NCBI GenBank assembly: GCA_028823995.1
Contig: JAPPFD010000031.1
Location: forward strand, 123,877-187,876
DNA from: a bacterium
GTDB lineage: Bacteria > Actinomycetota > Acidimicrobiia > Spongiisociales > ZC4RG35
Direction of reading: 5' to 3'
DNA: 64,000 nucleotides
Shown: positions 38,895-47,390 of the stretch, piece after piece
How positions within the stretch are numbered: the first letter of the stretch is position 1
Layout: each line of letters starts with the position of its first letter
Translations under genes and position numbers: made by a program
The notes under the pieces: model-generated
Database searches by the model: none
Told to the model about the DNA's origin: nothing
What the model saw: only the letters and a program-made list of their open reading frames with translations

Positions 38895-40166
38895 ATGAGC
38901 CTTTACGAGCCGACATACATGGAGGGCACCCTGGGCACCATGGCCGTGGACTGGGAGGAGCGGATCAACATGGCCCGGATGCGCGACGAGCGCAAGGCCC
39001 GGGCCCAGCACCAGATCGCCGAGGCCGGGCTGGGGTCGGTGCTCTTGCTGGACGATCCCAACATCCGCTACGTCACCGGGCTGGCCATGCTGGGCGGCTC
39101 GGGCGCGGATCACTACAGCTTCCTGACCGCCGGAGGAGACGTGGTGCATTGGGACACCGCCGATCACGCCAGCAACGAGCGCGCCAACTGCCCCTGGCTC
39201 CCCGACATCCGCTACGCGGCCCCCGGACTGGGGAACGTGCCCCGCGCCAGCGGGTCCCCGTCGGCCCGGGAGTTCCTCCTCGACACCATGGCGGACCTGA
39301 TCGTGGGGGCCGCCCACGACTACGACGTTCACCGAGACCCGGTCGGCATCGACTCCACCCAGCCGGCCCTGGCCCGGAAGCTCTCGGAGCGGGGGCTGGA
39401 TGTCCGGGAGGGCGCCGCCGACGCTTTGCACACCGCCCGGCAGACCAAGACCAAGGACGAGATCGAGTGCTTCCGGGTCCTCTCGGCGATCTGTGAGGCC
39501 GGGTTCATGGCCATCAAGAAAGCCGCCGAGCCGGGCATGCTCGAACAGGAGGTCTGGGGAGCGGCGGTGGAGGCCGTCCTGCGCAGGGGAGGGACGGTTG
39601 AGGGAGGGTATCTCACCAGCGGCCCGAACACCTGGCCCAAGCACCAGGCCAACACCACCGACCGGATGCTGCGCCCCGGCGACATAATGTACGCCGACTT
39701 CTACAGCGCCACCTTCCAGGGTTACCGGTCATGTGTCTACCGGACCTTTTCGATAGGAAAGCCCGAGCAGCGCTCCGTTGACGCCTACAAGCGCGCCCGG
39801 GACTGGATGTACGACGTGATCGAGGCCATCCGGCCCGGTGTCACCACCGGCGAGGTGGCGATGCACTTTCCCGACCGGGAGGGCGAGCGCATGGACTGGT
39901 ACGGCGCCAAGGACTACTGGGAGATGACCACCAACCAATGGGCCCACGGACTGGGGCTCCAGCTATATGAGCGCCCGTTGATCTGGCGGGGAATCTCCGT
40001 CGACCACCCGATCGAGATCCAGGAGGGCATGGTCATGGCGGTCGAGACCCAAGAGCCAGACGGAAGCTCCGGCATGCGGGTTGAAGAGATGATCGTGGTC
40101 CGCGAGAACGGCGCCGAGGTCCTAACCCGCTGGCCGGTGGATGAGATAACGGTTATCGATTTCTAG
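38895..40166 (+). CDS. M24-family metallohydrolase (creatinase/prolidase/ectoine-hydrolase-like), copy 1
   Basis: Creatinase_N-like N-terminus. All five M24 metal ligands are present (D..D in 'DIMYADFYSATFQGYRSCVYRTF', His in 'HGLGLQLYE', Glu in 'AVETQE' and 'RVEEM'). Confidence 0.8.
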   Translation: MSLYEPTYMEGTLGTMAVDWEERINMARMRDERKARAQHQIAEAGLGSVLLLDDPNIRYVTGLAMLGGSGADHYSFLTAGGDVVHWDTADHASNERANCPWLPDIRYAAPGLGNVPRASGSPSAREFLLDTMADLIVGAAHDYDVHRDPVGIDSTQPALARKLSERGLDVREGAADALHTARQTKTKDEIECFRVLSAICEAGFMAIKKAAEPGMLEQEVWGAAVEAVLRRGGTVEGGYLTSGPNTWPKHQANTTDRMLRPGDIMYADFYSATFQGYRSCVYRTFSIGKPEQRSVDAYKRARDWMYDVIEAIRPGVTTGEVAMHFPDREGERMDWYGAKDYWEMTTNQWAHGLGLQLYERPLIWRGISVDHPIEIQEGMVMAVETQEPDGSSGMRVEEMIVVRENGAEVLTRWPVDEITVIDF

Positions 40167-40171
40167 CTCCG

Positions 40172-40193
40172 TTGACGCGAAACTGGCTATAAT
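40172..40193 (+). promoter_or_regulatory. AT-rich promoter-like element with a consensus TATAAT upstream of the toxin-antitoxin pair
   Basis: TTGACG at 40172-40177 and TATAAT at 40188-40193. The spacing is non-canonical at 10 bp, so the -35 assignment is doubtful. Confidence 0.3.
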
Positions 40194-40225
40194 ATTCTGT
40201 ACATTACGCCCCGGGTGTTCCAATC

Positions 40226-40498
40226 ATGAACAGAACCATTCCCATAACTCAGTTTCGAAATCAATGCTTGAGGCTCATGGATGAGGTGAAGGCCACCGGT
40301 GACACCCTCATCGTCACAAAGCACGGGCGACCGCTGGCAGCGGTGATTCCTGTTGTGGACGAGCGGTCAAGAAGCATTATCGGATGGAGCAGCGAAATCC
40401 GATTGGGAGATGATTTGACCAATCCGGCCATTCCTCCGGACGATTGGGAGATCGTCTCTCAGCCTGATCGAATTGCGACCAGCCTCCGAGGCGAGTAG
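40226..40498 (+). CDS. Phd/YefM-family antitoxin
   Basis: 'IPITQFRNQCLRLMDEVKATGDTLIVTKHGRPLAAVIP' typical Phd/YefM N-terminus. Low GC (about 50 %). Confidence 0.8.
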   Translation: MNRTIPITQFRNQCLRLMDEVKATGDTLIVTKHGRPLAAVIPVVDERSRSIIGWSSEIRLGDDLTNPAIPPDDWEIVSQPDRIATSLRGE

Positions 40499-40507
40499 AA
40501 GTCACGC

Positions 40508-40930
40508 GTGGCAGTCATCTTGGACACTGTTGCGTTGCTATGGATGTCTCAAGGTAGCCCGAGACTGGGCACCCGAAGCTCACTCGAAATCGAACAGGCG
40601 GCCCGTGATGGTTCCTTGAGGTTCTCGACGATTTCAATGCTGGAGGTCTCCCGCCTCCATTGGGACGAGAACATCGATCTGCGAGTGTCCCCGGAGGTAT
40701 GGTTGCGGGGTCTTCTCGACGGAGGCGTCCACGAGATTCCCGTAACCGGGGAGATCGCCGGATTGGCCGGGTCTTTGAAGGTCCGCCATGGTTTCCATTC
40801 TGACCCTGCGGATCAACTGATCACCGCCACCGCGATCGTGACTAGGAGCAGCCTGATCACCTCCGACCGCAGAATTCTGAGTTGGGCGAGGCACAGAGAT
40901 GACATCCAGTGTCTCGACGCCCGTACTTGA
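40508..40930 (+). CDS. PIN-domain toxin (VapC-like)
   Basis: 140 aa, GTG start 10 nt after the antitoxin stop, acidic PIN residues (D6, E..., D near the C-terminus 'ITSDRRI'). Low GC. Confidence 0.7.
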   Translation: MAVILDTVALLWMSQGSPRLGTRSSLEIEQAARDGSLRFSTISMLEVSRLHWDENIDLRVSPEVWLRGLLDGGVHEIPVTGEIAGLAGSLKVRHGFHSDPADQLITATAIVTRSSLITSDRRILSWARHRDDIQCLDART

Positions 40931-40963
40931 GGTTCATTTGTGGTGTTCGCCGAAGCGCGGGCT

Positions 40964-41836
40964 CTAGCCACGTCGCGCGGCACCCGCCCGGGCTAACACT
41001 GACCTAGCGGTTCGGGCCACTGCGTAGTCGATCATCTGGCCGTCGGCGCCGATCGAAGCCGTGCCCTCCGTTTCGGCCTTCTCGAACAGGTCCAGGATGG
41101 CTTGGTGGTGAGCCACTTCCTCGGGAGTGGGGGTGAAGACTTCGTTGATGACGCTCACCTGGGCGGGGTGGATGGCGAGTTTGGCGACGTATCCCATGCG
41201 GCGACCCATCCTGGCTTCGGTGCGGAGCGCCTCGGAGTCTCGGTAGTTCATGAACACGCCGTCGATGGGATTCGCTATGCCTGCTGCCCGGGCTGCCAGG
41301 AGAACCCGGGAACGGGAGTAATTCAACCCGGTGCCCGTGGGTTCCCACTCAACGCCGAGGTCGGCCACCAGGTCCCCCTGCTCGGCGCTCCCGAACATGA
41401 CGGCCTGCACCCTCGGGAGTCGATCGAGTATCTCGAAGGAGTTCTCCACTGCCACCGCGCTCTCGATCATCGGGACGAGAGTGATGGAACCGGCCGATTG
41501 TCCCGTCGCCGTCTCCAGGGCGCTCAGGGCCCCGCACACCTCCAGCATCACCTCTCGCTGTTCGGCCTTGGGGAGGATCACCCCGGCCGCTCCGGCATGG
41601 GCAGCCGCCACCAGGTCTTCCCACATGAATCCGGTCTCGAACCCGTTGAGACGGATGTAATAGGGGATGGGACTCTCGGGAAGGGAAGCGAGATTGGCCC
41701 GCGCCTCCTCCTTCACGTTGGTGGCCACCGCGTCTTCGAGGTCCACGATCACGGCGTCCGCGGCCGACCGGACCGCTTTGGCGATCAGGTCGGGACGGTG
41801 GCCCGGCGTGAAGAGCATCGAGCGAACGGCATCCAT
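40964..41836 (-). CDS. HpcH/HpaI aldolase / citrate-lyase beta (CitE)-like acyl-CoA lyase
   Basis: 'RSMLFTPGHRPDLIAKAVRSAADAVIVDLEDAVA' CitE N-terminal signature, 290 aa. Confidence 0.8.
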   Translation of the reverse strand: MDAVRSMLFTPGHRPDLIAKAVRSAADAVIVDLEDAVATNVKEEARANLASLPESPIPYYIRLNGFETGFMWEDLVAAAHAGAAGVILPKAEQREVMLEVCGALSALETATGQSAGSITLVPMIESAVAVENSFEILDRLPRVQAVMFGSAEQGDLVADLGVEWEPTGTGLNYSRSRVLLAARAAGIANPIDGVFMNYRDSEALRTEARMGRRMGYVAKLAIHPAQVSVINEVFTPTPEEVAHHQAILDLFEKAETEGTASIGADGQMIDYAVARTARSVLARAGAARRG

Positions 41837-41889
41837 CGAAGGTTCCCTTCTCTTGTTCTCTGAGTCAACCAGCTAGGGATATAGTACCC

Positions 41890-42813
41890 GTGATGGGCTT
41901 CATCACGACGGTGACCGGTGATGTGCCGACCGAAGAAATCGGCGCAGTCCTGATGCATGAGCACATCTTTTGCGACTTCCACAGGATCACCAATGACCTG
42001 AACCAGATACTGGATGACCCAGACCTGGTCACCGCCGAACTGGGCCACCTGGAAGCCACGCCGGTGCGAACGGTGGTGGAGATGACCAGCGTCGGTTTGG
42101 GCCGGGACCTGAAGGGCCTGCGGGAGATCGCCATGCGGACGGGCCTCAACATAGTGGCCGGCTGTGGCTGGTACCGCGAGCCGTTTCTCCCACGGGAGGT
42201 CTTCGAGACAACCTCGGACGGCCTGGCGGAGATCCTGGTCTCAGAGATCAATGAGGGGGCTCAGGACGGGAGAGTACGGCCGGGGATCATAGGAGAGATC
42301 GGCGCCAAGCGGGTTCCGATGACTCCAGCCGAAGAGCGGGTGCTGCGCGCCGGTGGGTTCGCGCAACTTGAGACGGGAGTCTCGATCTATACGCATGCCT
42401 CCCGGAGCACGGTCGGGATCGAGCAGGCCAGGATCCTGATCGGCATCGGCGTCCCGCCCGGGAGGATCGTGATCGGACATGCCGACACCGTGCCCCGGAA
42501 TCGGAGGGAGTACTGGGCGGAGTTGTTGGACATGGGCGTCACCCTCGGCTTCGACACGCTCAAGCCGGACCCCCCGTATGAGGTGGGAGTCCGCATAACC
42601 GGTCTGAGGTGGCTGGCCGAACGGGGATCGCTTGATCAGGTGGTGGTATCCAACGACATCTGCTACCGGTCACAGCTTCGGTCATTCGGCGGCGGCGGCT
42701 ACCCGTACTGCGTCACCGGCTTCATCGATTTGCTGCGAGAGGCCGGGTTCGGCGACCGGGAGGTCCGGACGATCTTCTGGGACACGCCGACGAGGATTCT
42801 CCAGAGACCCTAG
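41890..42813 (+). CDS. Phosphotriesterase-family (Php-like) amidohydrolase, paralogue 1
   Basis: 'HEH' at res ~22-24, 'YTHA', 'IGHAD', 'SND' metal ligands. 'PGIIGEIGA' carries Glu in place of the carboxylated Lys, as in E. coli Php. TATAGT lies 5-10 nt upstream of the GTG/ATG, suggesting a leaderless transcript. Confidence 0.85.
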   Translation: MMGFITTVTGDVPTEEIGAVLMHEHIFCDFHRITNDLNQILDDPDLVTAELGHLEATPVRTVVEMTSVGLGRDLKGLREIAMRTGLNIVAGCGWYREPFLPREVFETTSDGLAEILVSEINEGAQDGRVRPGIIGEIGAKRVPMTPAEERVLRAGGFAQLETGVSIYTHASRSTVGIEQARILIGIGVPPGRIVIGHADTVPRNRREYWAELLDMGVTLGFDTLKPDPPYEVGVRITGLRWLAERGSLDQVVVSNDICYRSQLRSFGGGGYPYCVTGFIDLLREAGFGDREVRTIFWDTPTRILQRP

Positions 42814-42879
42814 AGGCCGCACCGCGCTCTCAGCCCTGGTTGGCGTGTGGATGTCGCGAATCAAGATGCCGTGTATCGC

Positions 42880-42908
42880 TTGACATGCGGCTCTCCCAGG
42901 GTTATGGT
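42880..42908 (+). promoter_or_regulatory. Consensus-like promoter TTGACA-17-TATGGT upstream of the Dpp-like substrate-binding-protein gene
   Basis: TTGACA at 42880-42885, a 17-nt spacer, and TATGGT at 42903-42908. Confidence 0.4.
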
Positions 42909-42916
42909 CAGTGATC

Positions 42917-42926
42917 TGTGATCACA
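42917..42926. promoter_or_regulatory. Perfect palindrome TGTGATCACA (GntR-type operator consensus NyGT-N-ACrN) immediately downstream of the -10
   Basis: Read directly from the sequence. A GntR/FadR-family regulator is encoded in the same island (50249-50950). A half-site-like ATGTGATCAT also occurs at ~55207-55216, in the Ldh_2/PTE3 divergent region. Confidence 0.35.
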
Positions 42927-42966
42927 CATCACAACACAAGATTCGGACCGATTAAAAGGAGTTGGT

Positions 42967-44586
42967 ATGAGGAGAGTTTTGAAACCTCGTAGCCGCGGAG
43001 CCCCAGGCGGGTGGCGGCTAGGTCTGCAGGTTGCGATCGTATTCTGTTTGGCAGCATCTCTGCTTGCCGGGTGCGCCGAAGATGAGCCGGAGGCCCCGGC
43101 TACGACAGCCGCGCCGGCTACCACAGCCGCGCCGGCCCCGGTCGACCCTGATGCAGAGAAGAGAGGCGGGACACTACAACTGGGTACGCCTCAGCCGATA
43201 CAAACACTTGACCCGCATCAGTTCGGCATTTACAACAACCGCAACGCTTGGCCGGGTCTATTCAGCGGGCTGACGCGTTACACCGAAGAACTCGAACCGG
43301 TCCCCGATCTGGCCGTGTCATGGGACGTGGACGATGCCGGGACGGCATGGACGTTCAACCTGCGAGAGGGTGTGCAGTTCCACAATGGTGAACCATTCAC
43401 GGCTGCGGACGTCAAATACTCCCTTGACAGATTGCTCCACCCCGACACGAACGCGGGCGTCTACGCCGAAGCGATATCTACGATCGAAGAAGTCGAAGTG
43501 GTTGACGATCAAACCGTGATCTTGCACCTCTCTGCGCCTTCCGCGATCCTGCTGGCAGGGTTGGCGAGAGCCATGATCATTCCCGAGGGTTCGGGAGATA
43601 CCATCGCTCAGGAAGGCATCGGAACCGGGCCCTTCGTAATGGTCGACTATGTCGCCGACGAGCGTCTGATCATGACCCGGAACGAGAACTACTGGGAAGA
43701 GGGATTGCCCTACCTTGACGGAGTCGAGGTGACCGTGCAGCCCGACACGACCACGCTGTTCACGGCCCTGAGCGCCGGCGACGTTGACATCTATTGGCAG
43801 CTCGAGCCGCGTTTCGTCCAGCAGATCGCCAAGGAAGGCGAGTTGCGGACACTCTTCGCCCCCAGTTCCTCGGTTGTCACGTATATGAGCATTTACAACG
43901 GCGCTCCGCCGTTTGACGATGTGCGTGCCCGCCAGGCGCTGCTTCACGCCTTGGATCTCGAGACCATCAACACCCTTGCGTTCTTCGACACGGGAATAGC
44001 GGTGCCGACTAACAACCTGCTTCCTCCGGGCCACTGGGCCGAGGCCCCCGGCCTTACCGAGTACCCGTATGATCTTGACCGCGCCAAGGCGCTGTTCGAA
44101 GAAGTAGGTGTTACCGAACTCAGCTATGTCGGACTCAACATCGTGCCGTGGACCCGGATCATCGGAGAGGTGATGGAACAGTCCTTCGGAAAGATCGGGA
44201 TCAAGTTGAACGTCTCGATGCCGGAACTCGGTGGGTGGGCTGAAGCCTTCACGCCGCACCCGGCGCCCGGCAGCATCGTGGCCAATGCCGCGCTTCCTGA
44301 CTACGATCCGGCCTTCCTGTGGAATCTCTCCCACCCCGACGTCAACCCGTGGGGGTTCGGGGACGAGTCCTACGCTCAGCTTCTTGCGGATGCTGCGGCC
44401 GAGTTGGATCTGGACAAGCGCATAGCAGCCTACGGCGAGGTGCAGAAGGTCTGGAACGCGGAAGTTCCAACTCCGATCCTGTACTTTGACCGCTGGTTCC
44501 ATGGTGTGCGAGACCGGGTCCAGGACTTGAAGCACCTCAACAGTGGTGACCTCGATTACAGGGAGACATGGCTCACCGATAAGTAA
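42967..44586 (+). CDS. Family-5 (DppA/OppA-type) ABC substrate-binding lipoprotein
   Basis: Lipobox 'LAGCAEDEP', Ala/Thr/Pro linker, 539 aa SBP_bac_5 profile. Confidence 0.85.
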   Translation: MRRVLKPRSRGAPGGWRLGLQVAIVFCLAASLLAGCAEDEPEAPATTAAPATTAAPAPVDPDAEKRGGTLQLGTPQPIQTLDPHQFGIYNNRNAWPGLFSGLTRYTEELEPVPDLAVSWDVDDAGTAWTFNLREGVQFHNGEPFTAADVKYSLDRLLHPDTNAGVYAEAISTIEEVEVVDDQTVILHLSAPSAILLAGLARAMIIPEGSGDTIAQEGIGTGPFVMVDYVADERLIMTRNENYWEEGLPYLDGVEVTVQPDTTTLFTALSAGDVDIYWQLEPRFVQQIAKEGELRTLFAPSSSVVTYMSIYNGAPPFDDVRARQALLHALDLETINTLAFFDTGIAVPTNNLLPPGHWAEAPGLTEYPYDLDRAKALFEEVGVTELSYVGLNIVPWTRIIGEVMEQSFGKIGIKLNVSMPELGGWAEAFTPHPAPGSIVANAALPDYDPAFLWNLSHPDVNPWGFGDESYAQLLADAAAELDLDKRIAAYGEVQKVWNAEVPTPILYFDRWFHGVRDRVQDLKHLNSGDLDYRETWLTDK

Positions 44587-44605
44587 GCGGTAGTCTGTCC
44601 AATCC

Positions 44606-46309
44606 GTGGAATCGTTCACGACCCCGCTTCCGATGGAAGACGGTATCCGGCTAGCAACCGATATCTTCCTTCCATCCGGAAGCGGGGGTCCCCACCCCGC
44701 GTTGCTGATGCGGACACCCTACGACAAGGCTCGGGTGGAGGATGGACGGATGATCTATACCGAGATCGTTGGAGAGGCGGTCAAGGCCGGCTATGCCGTG
44801 GCCATTCAGGATCTCCGTGGGCGTTTTGAATCCGAGGGGGAATTCGTGCCGTTTCACGAAAACCCCGTCAGCGACGCAAGGGACGGTGCAGCCACCGTGT
44901 CTTGGATCAGAGCTCAGGACTGGTGCGACGGCTCCGTTGCGATGTGGGGTGACTCCTACGGGGCTTGGACACAGTGGAAGGTAGCTATTGACGGGGACGT
45001 CAAACCCGACGCCATCTTTCCCTCCGGCCTTCCGATGAGCGCCCTCGATTCGCCCGTCCTGAGGCCTGCCAGGCGAATCCTCTGGTATGTCGGCCGCATG
45101 GGGCCCGACTCACGCCGGCGCTCGGACCGGAGCGAACACTCCCTCGACGCGGAGTCCGCTTACCGTAACTGGCGAACGGTGGAGAGAAGCCGTTGGCTGT
45201 GGTTTCTCCCCTGGAACGAAATGCCCGATTATCTGCTTGGCGGCCTCTCACCCCACTACCAAAGCCTGCTTCGAAGCAGGCCAAGCGACTATCTGTCGTG
45301 GATCAGACGTTGTGAGGAGTTTGAGGGACCTGTGTTGCTTCTGACCGGTTGGTTCGACATAGATGTGGGCAGCGTGATCGAACTCCATGGAAGGCTGAGC
45401 AACCGACCGGGCGAGTCCGGCCCTGCGTATCTGATCATCGGCCCTTGGAAGCACATGGACCCCAAATACGATCTGAGCCGACACCGGGGTGAGATCGACT
45501 TCGGCGAAGCTGCCCAATGGTCCTATCCGGATGTCTTGGTCCAATGGTCCGATTTTGTTCTGAAAGGCAAGCCCGGACCTCTGTTTCCCGGACCGCCGAT
45601 CCGGTATTTCGCGATGGGGGATGGGTCCAACCAGTGGCAGGAGGCCGACCGCTGGTCTGAGATCGTCGCACCTTCCCAGCGCCTCTATCTCACATCCACT
45701 GCCGCGTCGGGTGAGAGTGGCGGCGCCCTCTCGGAATCTCCTTCCACGGAGACCGCGACTTGGCGCTATGTGTACGATCCGCGAGACCCGGTTCCTTCGG
45801 CCGTGGACGAGGACGCGTACTATGGCCCCTTCGACATCGGCTACATGGACATGCGACCGGATGTCCTGTCCTTTGCCACCGCGCCGATTGACCAACCGCT
45901 CGACATCCGCGGATCGGTGGATGTTGACCTCGTGGTGGCCAGCAGCGCCGTCGACACCGACTTCTGTGCCTGGGTCGCCGAAGAACGCCCGGACGGCGCG
46001 TCGATTCTTATTGCCAGCGGGTTTGTCCGAGCCAGGTACCGGAACGGGATCGATCAGGAGACATTCTTAGAACCGGGAAGGCCCGAGACGATCCGGATCC
46101 GGTGTCGCCCGACCGTCTACCGCCTGGCCGCAGGGTCTCGCCTGGTGGTGAAGATTTCCAGCAGTGACTTCCCGGACTATGACCGGAGTCACAATCTCGG
46201 GACCGATCCCTACTCGGATGCCCGACTCGTATCGGCAGTGCAGACATTGACAAGTGGACCGGAGGAGCCGTGCAGCGTCTACCTGCCGGTATCGGGGCCT
46301 GTGAAATGA
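44606..46309 (+). CDS. CocE/NonD-family alpha/beta hydrolase (Xaa-Pro dipeptidyl-peptidase / alpha-amino-acid-ester hydrolase-like)
   Basis: 'DGIRLATDIFLPSG...PALLMRTPYDK' N-terminus, nucleophile 'GDSYGA', C-terminal jelly-roll domain, 567 aa. Confidence 0.85.
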   Translation: MESFTTPLPMEDGIRLATDIFLPSGSGGPHPALLMRTPYDKARVEDGRMIYTEIVGEAVKAGYAVAIQDLRGRFESEGEFVPFHENPVSDARDGAATVSWIRAQDWCDGSVAMWGDSYGAWTQWKVAIDGDVKPDAIFPSGLPMSALDSPVLRPARRILWYVGRMGPDSRRRSDRSEHSLDAESAYRNWRTVERSRWLWFLPWNEMPDYLLGGLSPHYQSLLRSRPSDYLSWIRRCEEFEGPVLLLTGWFDIDVGSVIELHGRLSNRPGESGPAYLIIGPWKHMDPKYDLSRHRGEIDFGEAAQWSYPDVLVQWSDFVLKGKPGPLFPGPPIRYFAMGDGSNQWQEADRWSEIVAPSQRLYLTSTAASGESGGALSESPSTETATWRYVYDPRDPVPSAVDEDAYYGPFDIGYMDMRPDVLSFATAPIDQPLDIRGSVDVDLVVASSAVDTDFCAWVAEERPDGASILIASGFVRARYRNGIDQETFLEPGRPETIRIRCRPTVYRLAAGSRLVVKISSSDFPDYDRSHNLGTDPYSDARLVSAVQTLTSGPEEPCSVYLPVSGPVK

Positions 46310-47379
46310 TGTCTTCCGGGCAGTCAAAGGGACGATCCGACCGGTTTATCGACTTGCGTAGCGACACCTACAACCTACCCACGCAGGCGATGTTGACGCG
46401 TCTTGGATCCGCCGTCGAAGGTCCACGTATTGGAGGGGCGGAACAGTACACCCGGGAACTGGAGCGGGCAGTATCCGCCCTGACCTCCAAGGAAGCCGCT
46501 GTGTTCCTTCCCACCTGCAGCGCCGCCAATCTCCTGGCGCTGATGGCGCTGGCCAACCCGGCCGAGAACGTTGTTGTTGACGCCGACTCGCACATACGGT
46601 GGCTGGAGGCGAACAGCGCCTCGGTCACAGGAGGGGTCCAGTTGGTCCCCGTGCCAAGAGCCGGCAGCGTCGTCGACCCGGTCGCCTTGGTCGATTTCGC
46701 GGAACGATCGTCCCACTTCGGGCTTCCGCCCCTGGGTTTGATCTGTGTTGAGAACTCTCACAACAACGCCGGGGGAACGGTGGCGACCCGGTCGGACATG
46801 AAACGGGTCTCCAGCATGGCGCGCAAATACGGCGCCCGCGTTCATATCGATGGGGCCCGCATCTTCAACGCTGCCGCTCGCCTCGACGCTGAGGTCAGCG
46901 AACTGTGTGCCCCGGCCACCACGGTGGCGTTGAGCCTCAACAAGAGTCTGGGAGCACCGTACGGCGCCGTTCTGGCGGGTCCTGGAGACGTCATTGCCAA
47001 AGCTAGGAACCTCCGGGGTCAACTGGGCATCGCGTCCATACACCAGGAGGGCCTATTCGCAACGATGGCGCTGGAGGCTCTTGAAACCAACATGGAGGAT
47101 CCACGCCTCGACAACCACGAGGCGGAAAAGTTGGCGCGATCTCTCACCCGGCACTTCGCGTCCGAGTTGGCGGTGCAAACTCCCCAGACCAACATCATTC
47201 TCTTTGACGTTTTGGCGGACCTGACCGCCGCCGAGTTCTGCAGGGAACTGGAGACCAGGGGAGTACTGGCAAAACCGCGGTCTGCCACCCGGTCGGTTCG
47301 TCTCGTCGTGAATCGTGGGTCGCGACAACACGATCTGGGACGTGTGACAGAAGCCTTCGCCAGTGTGCTAGGTCATTAA
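46306..47379 (+). CDS. Low-specificity threonine-aldolase-like PLP enzyme (fold type I)
   Basis: 'DLRSDTYNLPTQAM' N-terminus, PLP-Lys region 'SLNKSLGAPYG'. Start at ATG 46306 (ATGA overlap with CocE). Confidence 0.75.
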   Translation: MMSSGQSKGRSDRFIDLRSDTYNLPTQAMLTRLGSAVEGPRIGGAEQYTRELERAVSALTSKEAAVFLPTCSAANLLALMALANPAENVVVDADSHIRWLEANSASVTGGVQLVPVPRAGSVVDPVALVDFAERSSHFGLPPLGLICVENSHNNAGGTVATRSDMKRVSSMARKYGARVHIDGARIFNAAARLDAEVSELCAPATTVALSLNKSLGAPYGAVLAGPGDVIAKARNLRGQLGIASIHQEGLFATMALEALETNMEDPRLDNHEAEKLARSLTRHFASELAVQTPQTNIILFDVLADLTAAEFCRELETRGVLAKPRSATRSVRLVVNRGSRQHDLGRVTEAFASVLGH

Positions 47380-47390
47380 CAGGGAGGCTT

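Noticed and set aside
38895-40166. Calling the cluster an ectoine (doe/eut) or creatinine/N-methylhydantoin degradation pathway
   Set aside because: Key partners are absent: doeB-type deacetylase, doeC dehydrogenase, creatininase or creatinine deaminase, and N-carbamoylsarcosine amidase. E1/E2, CoA-transferase and SDRs are present and are not part of those pathways.
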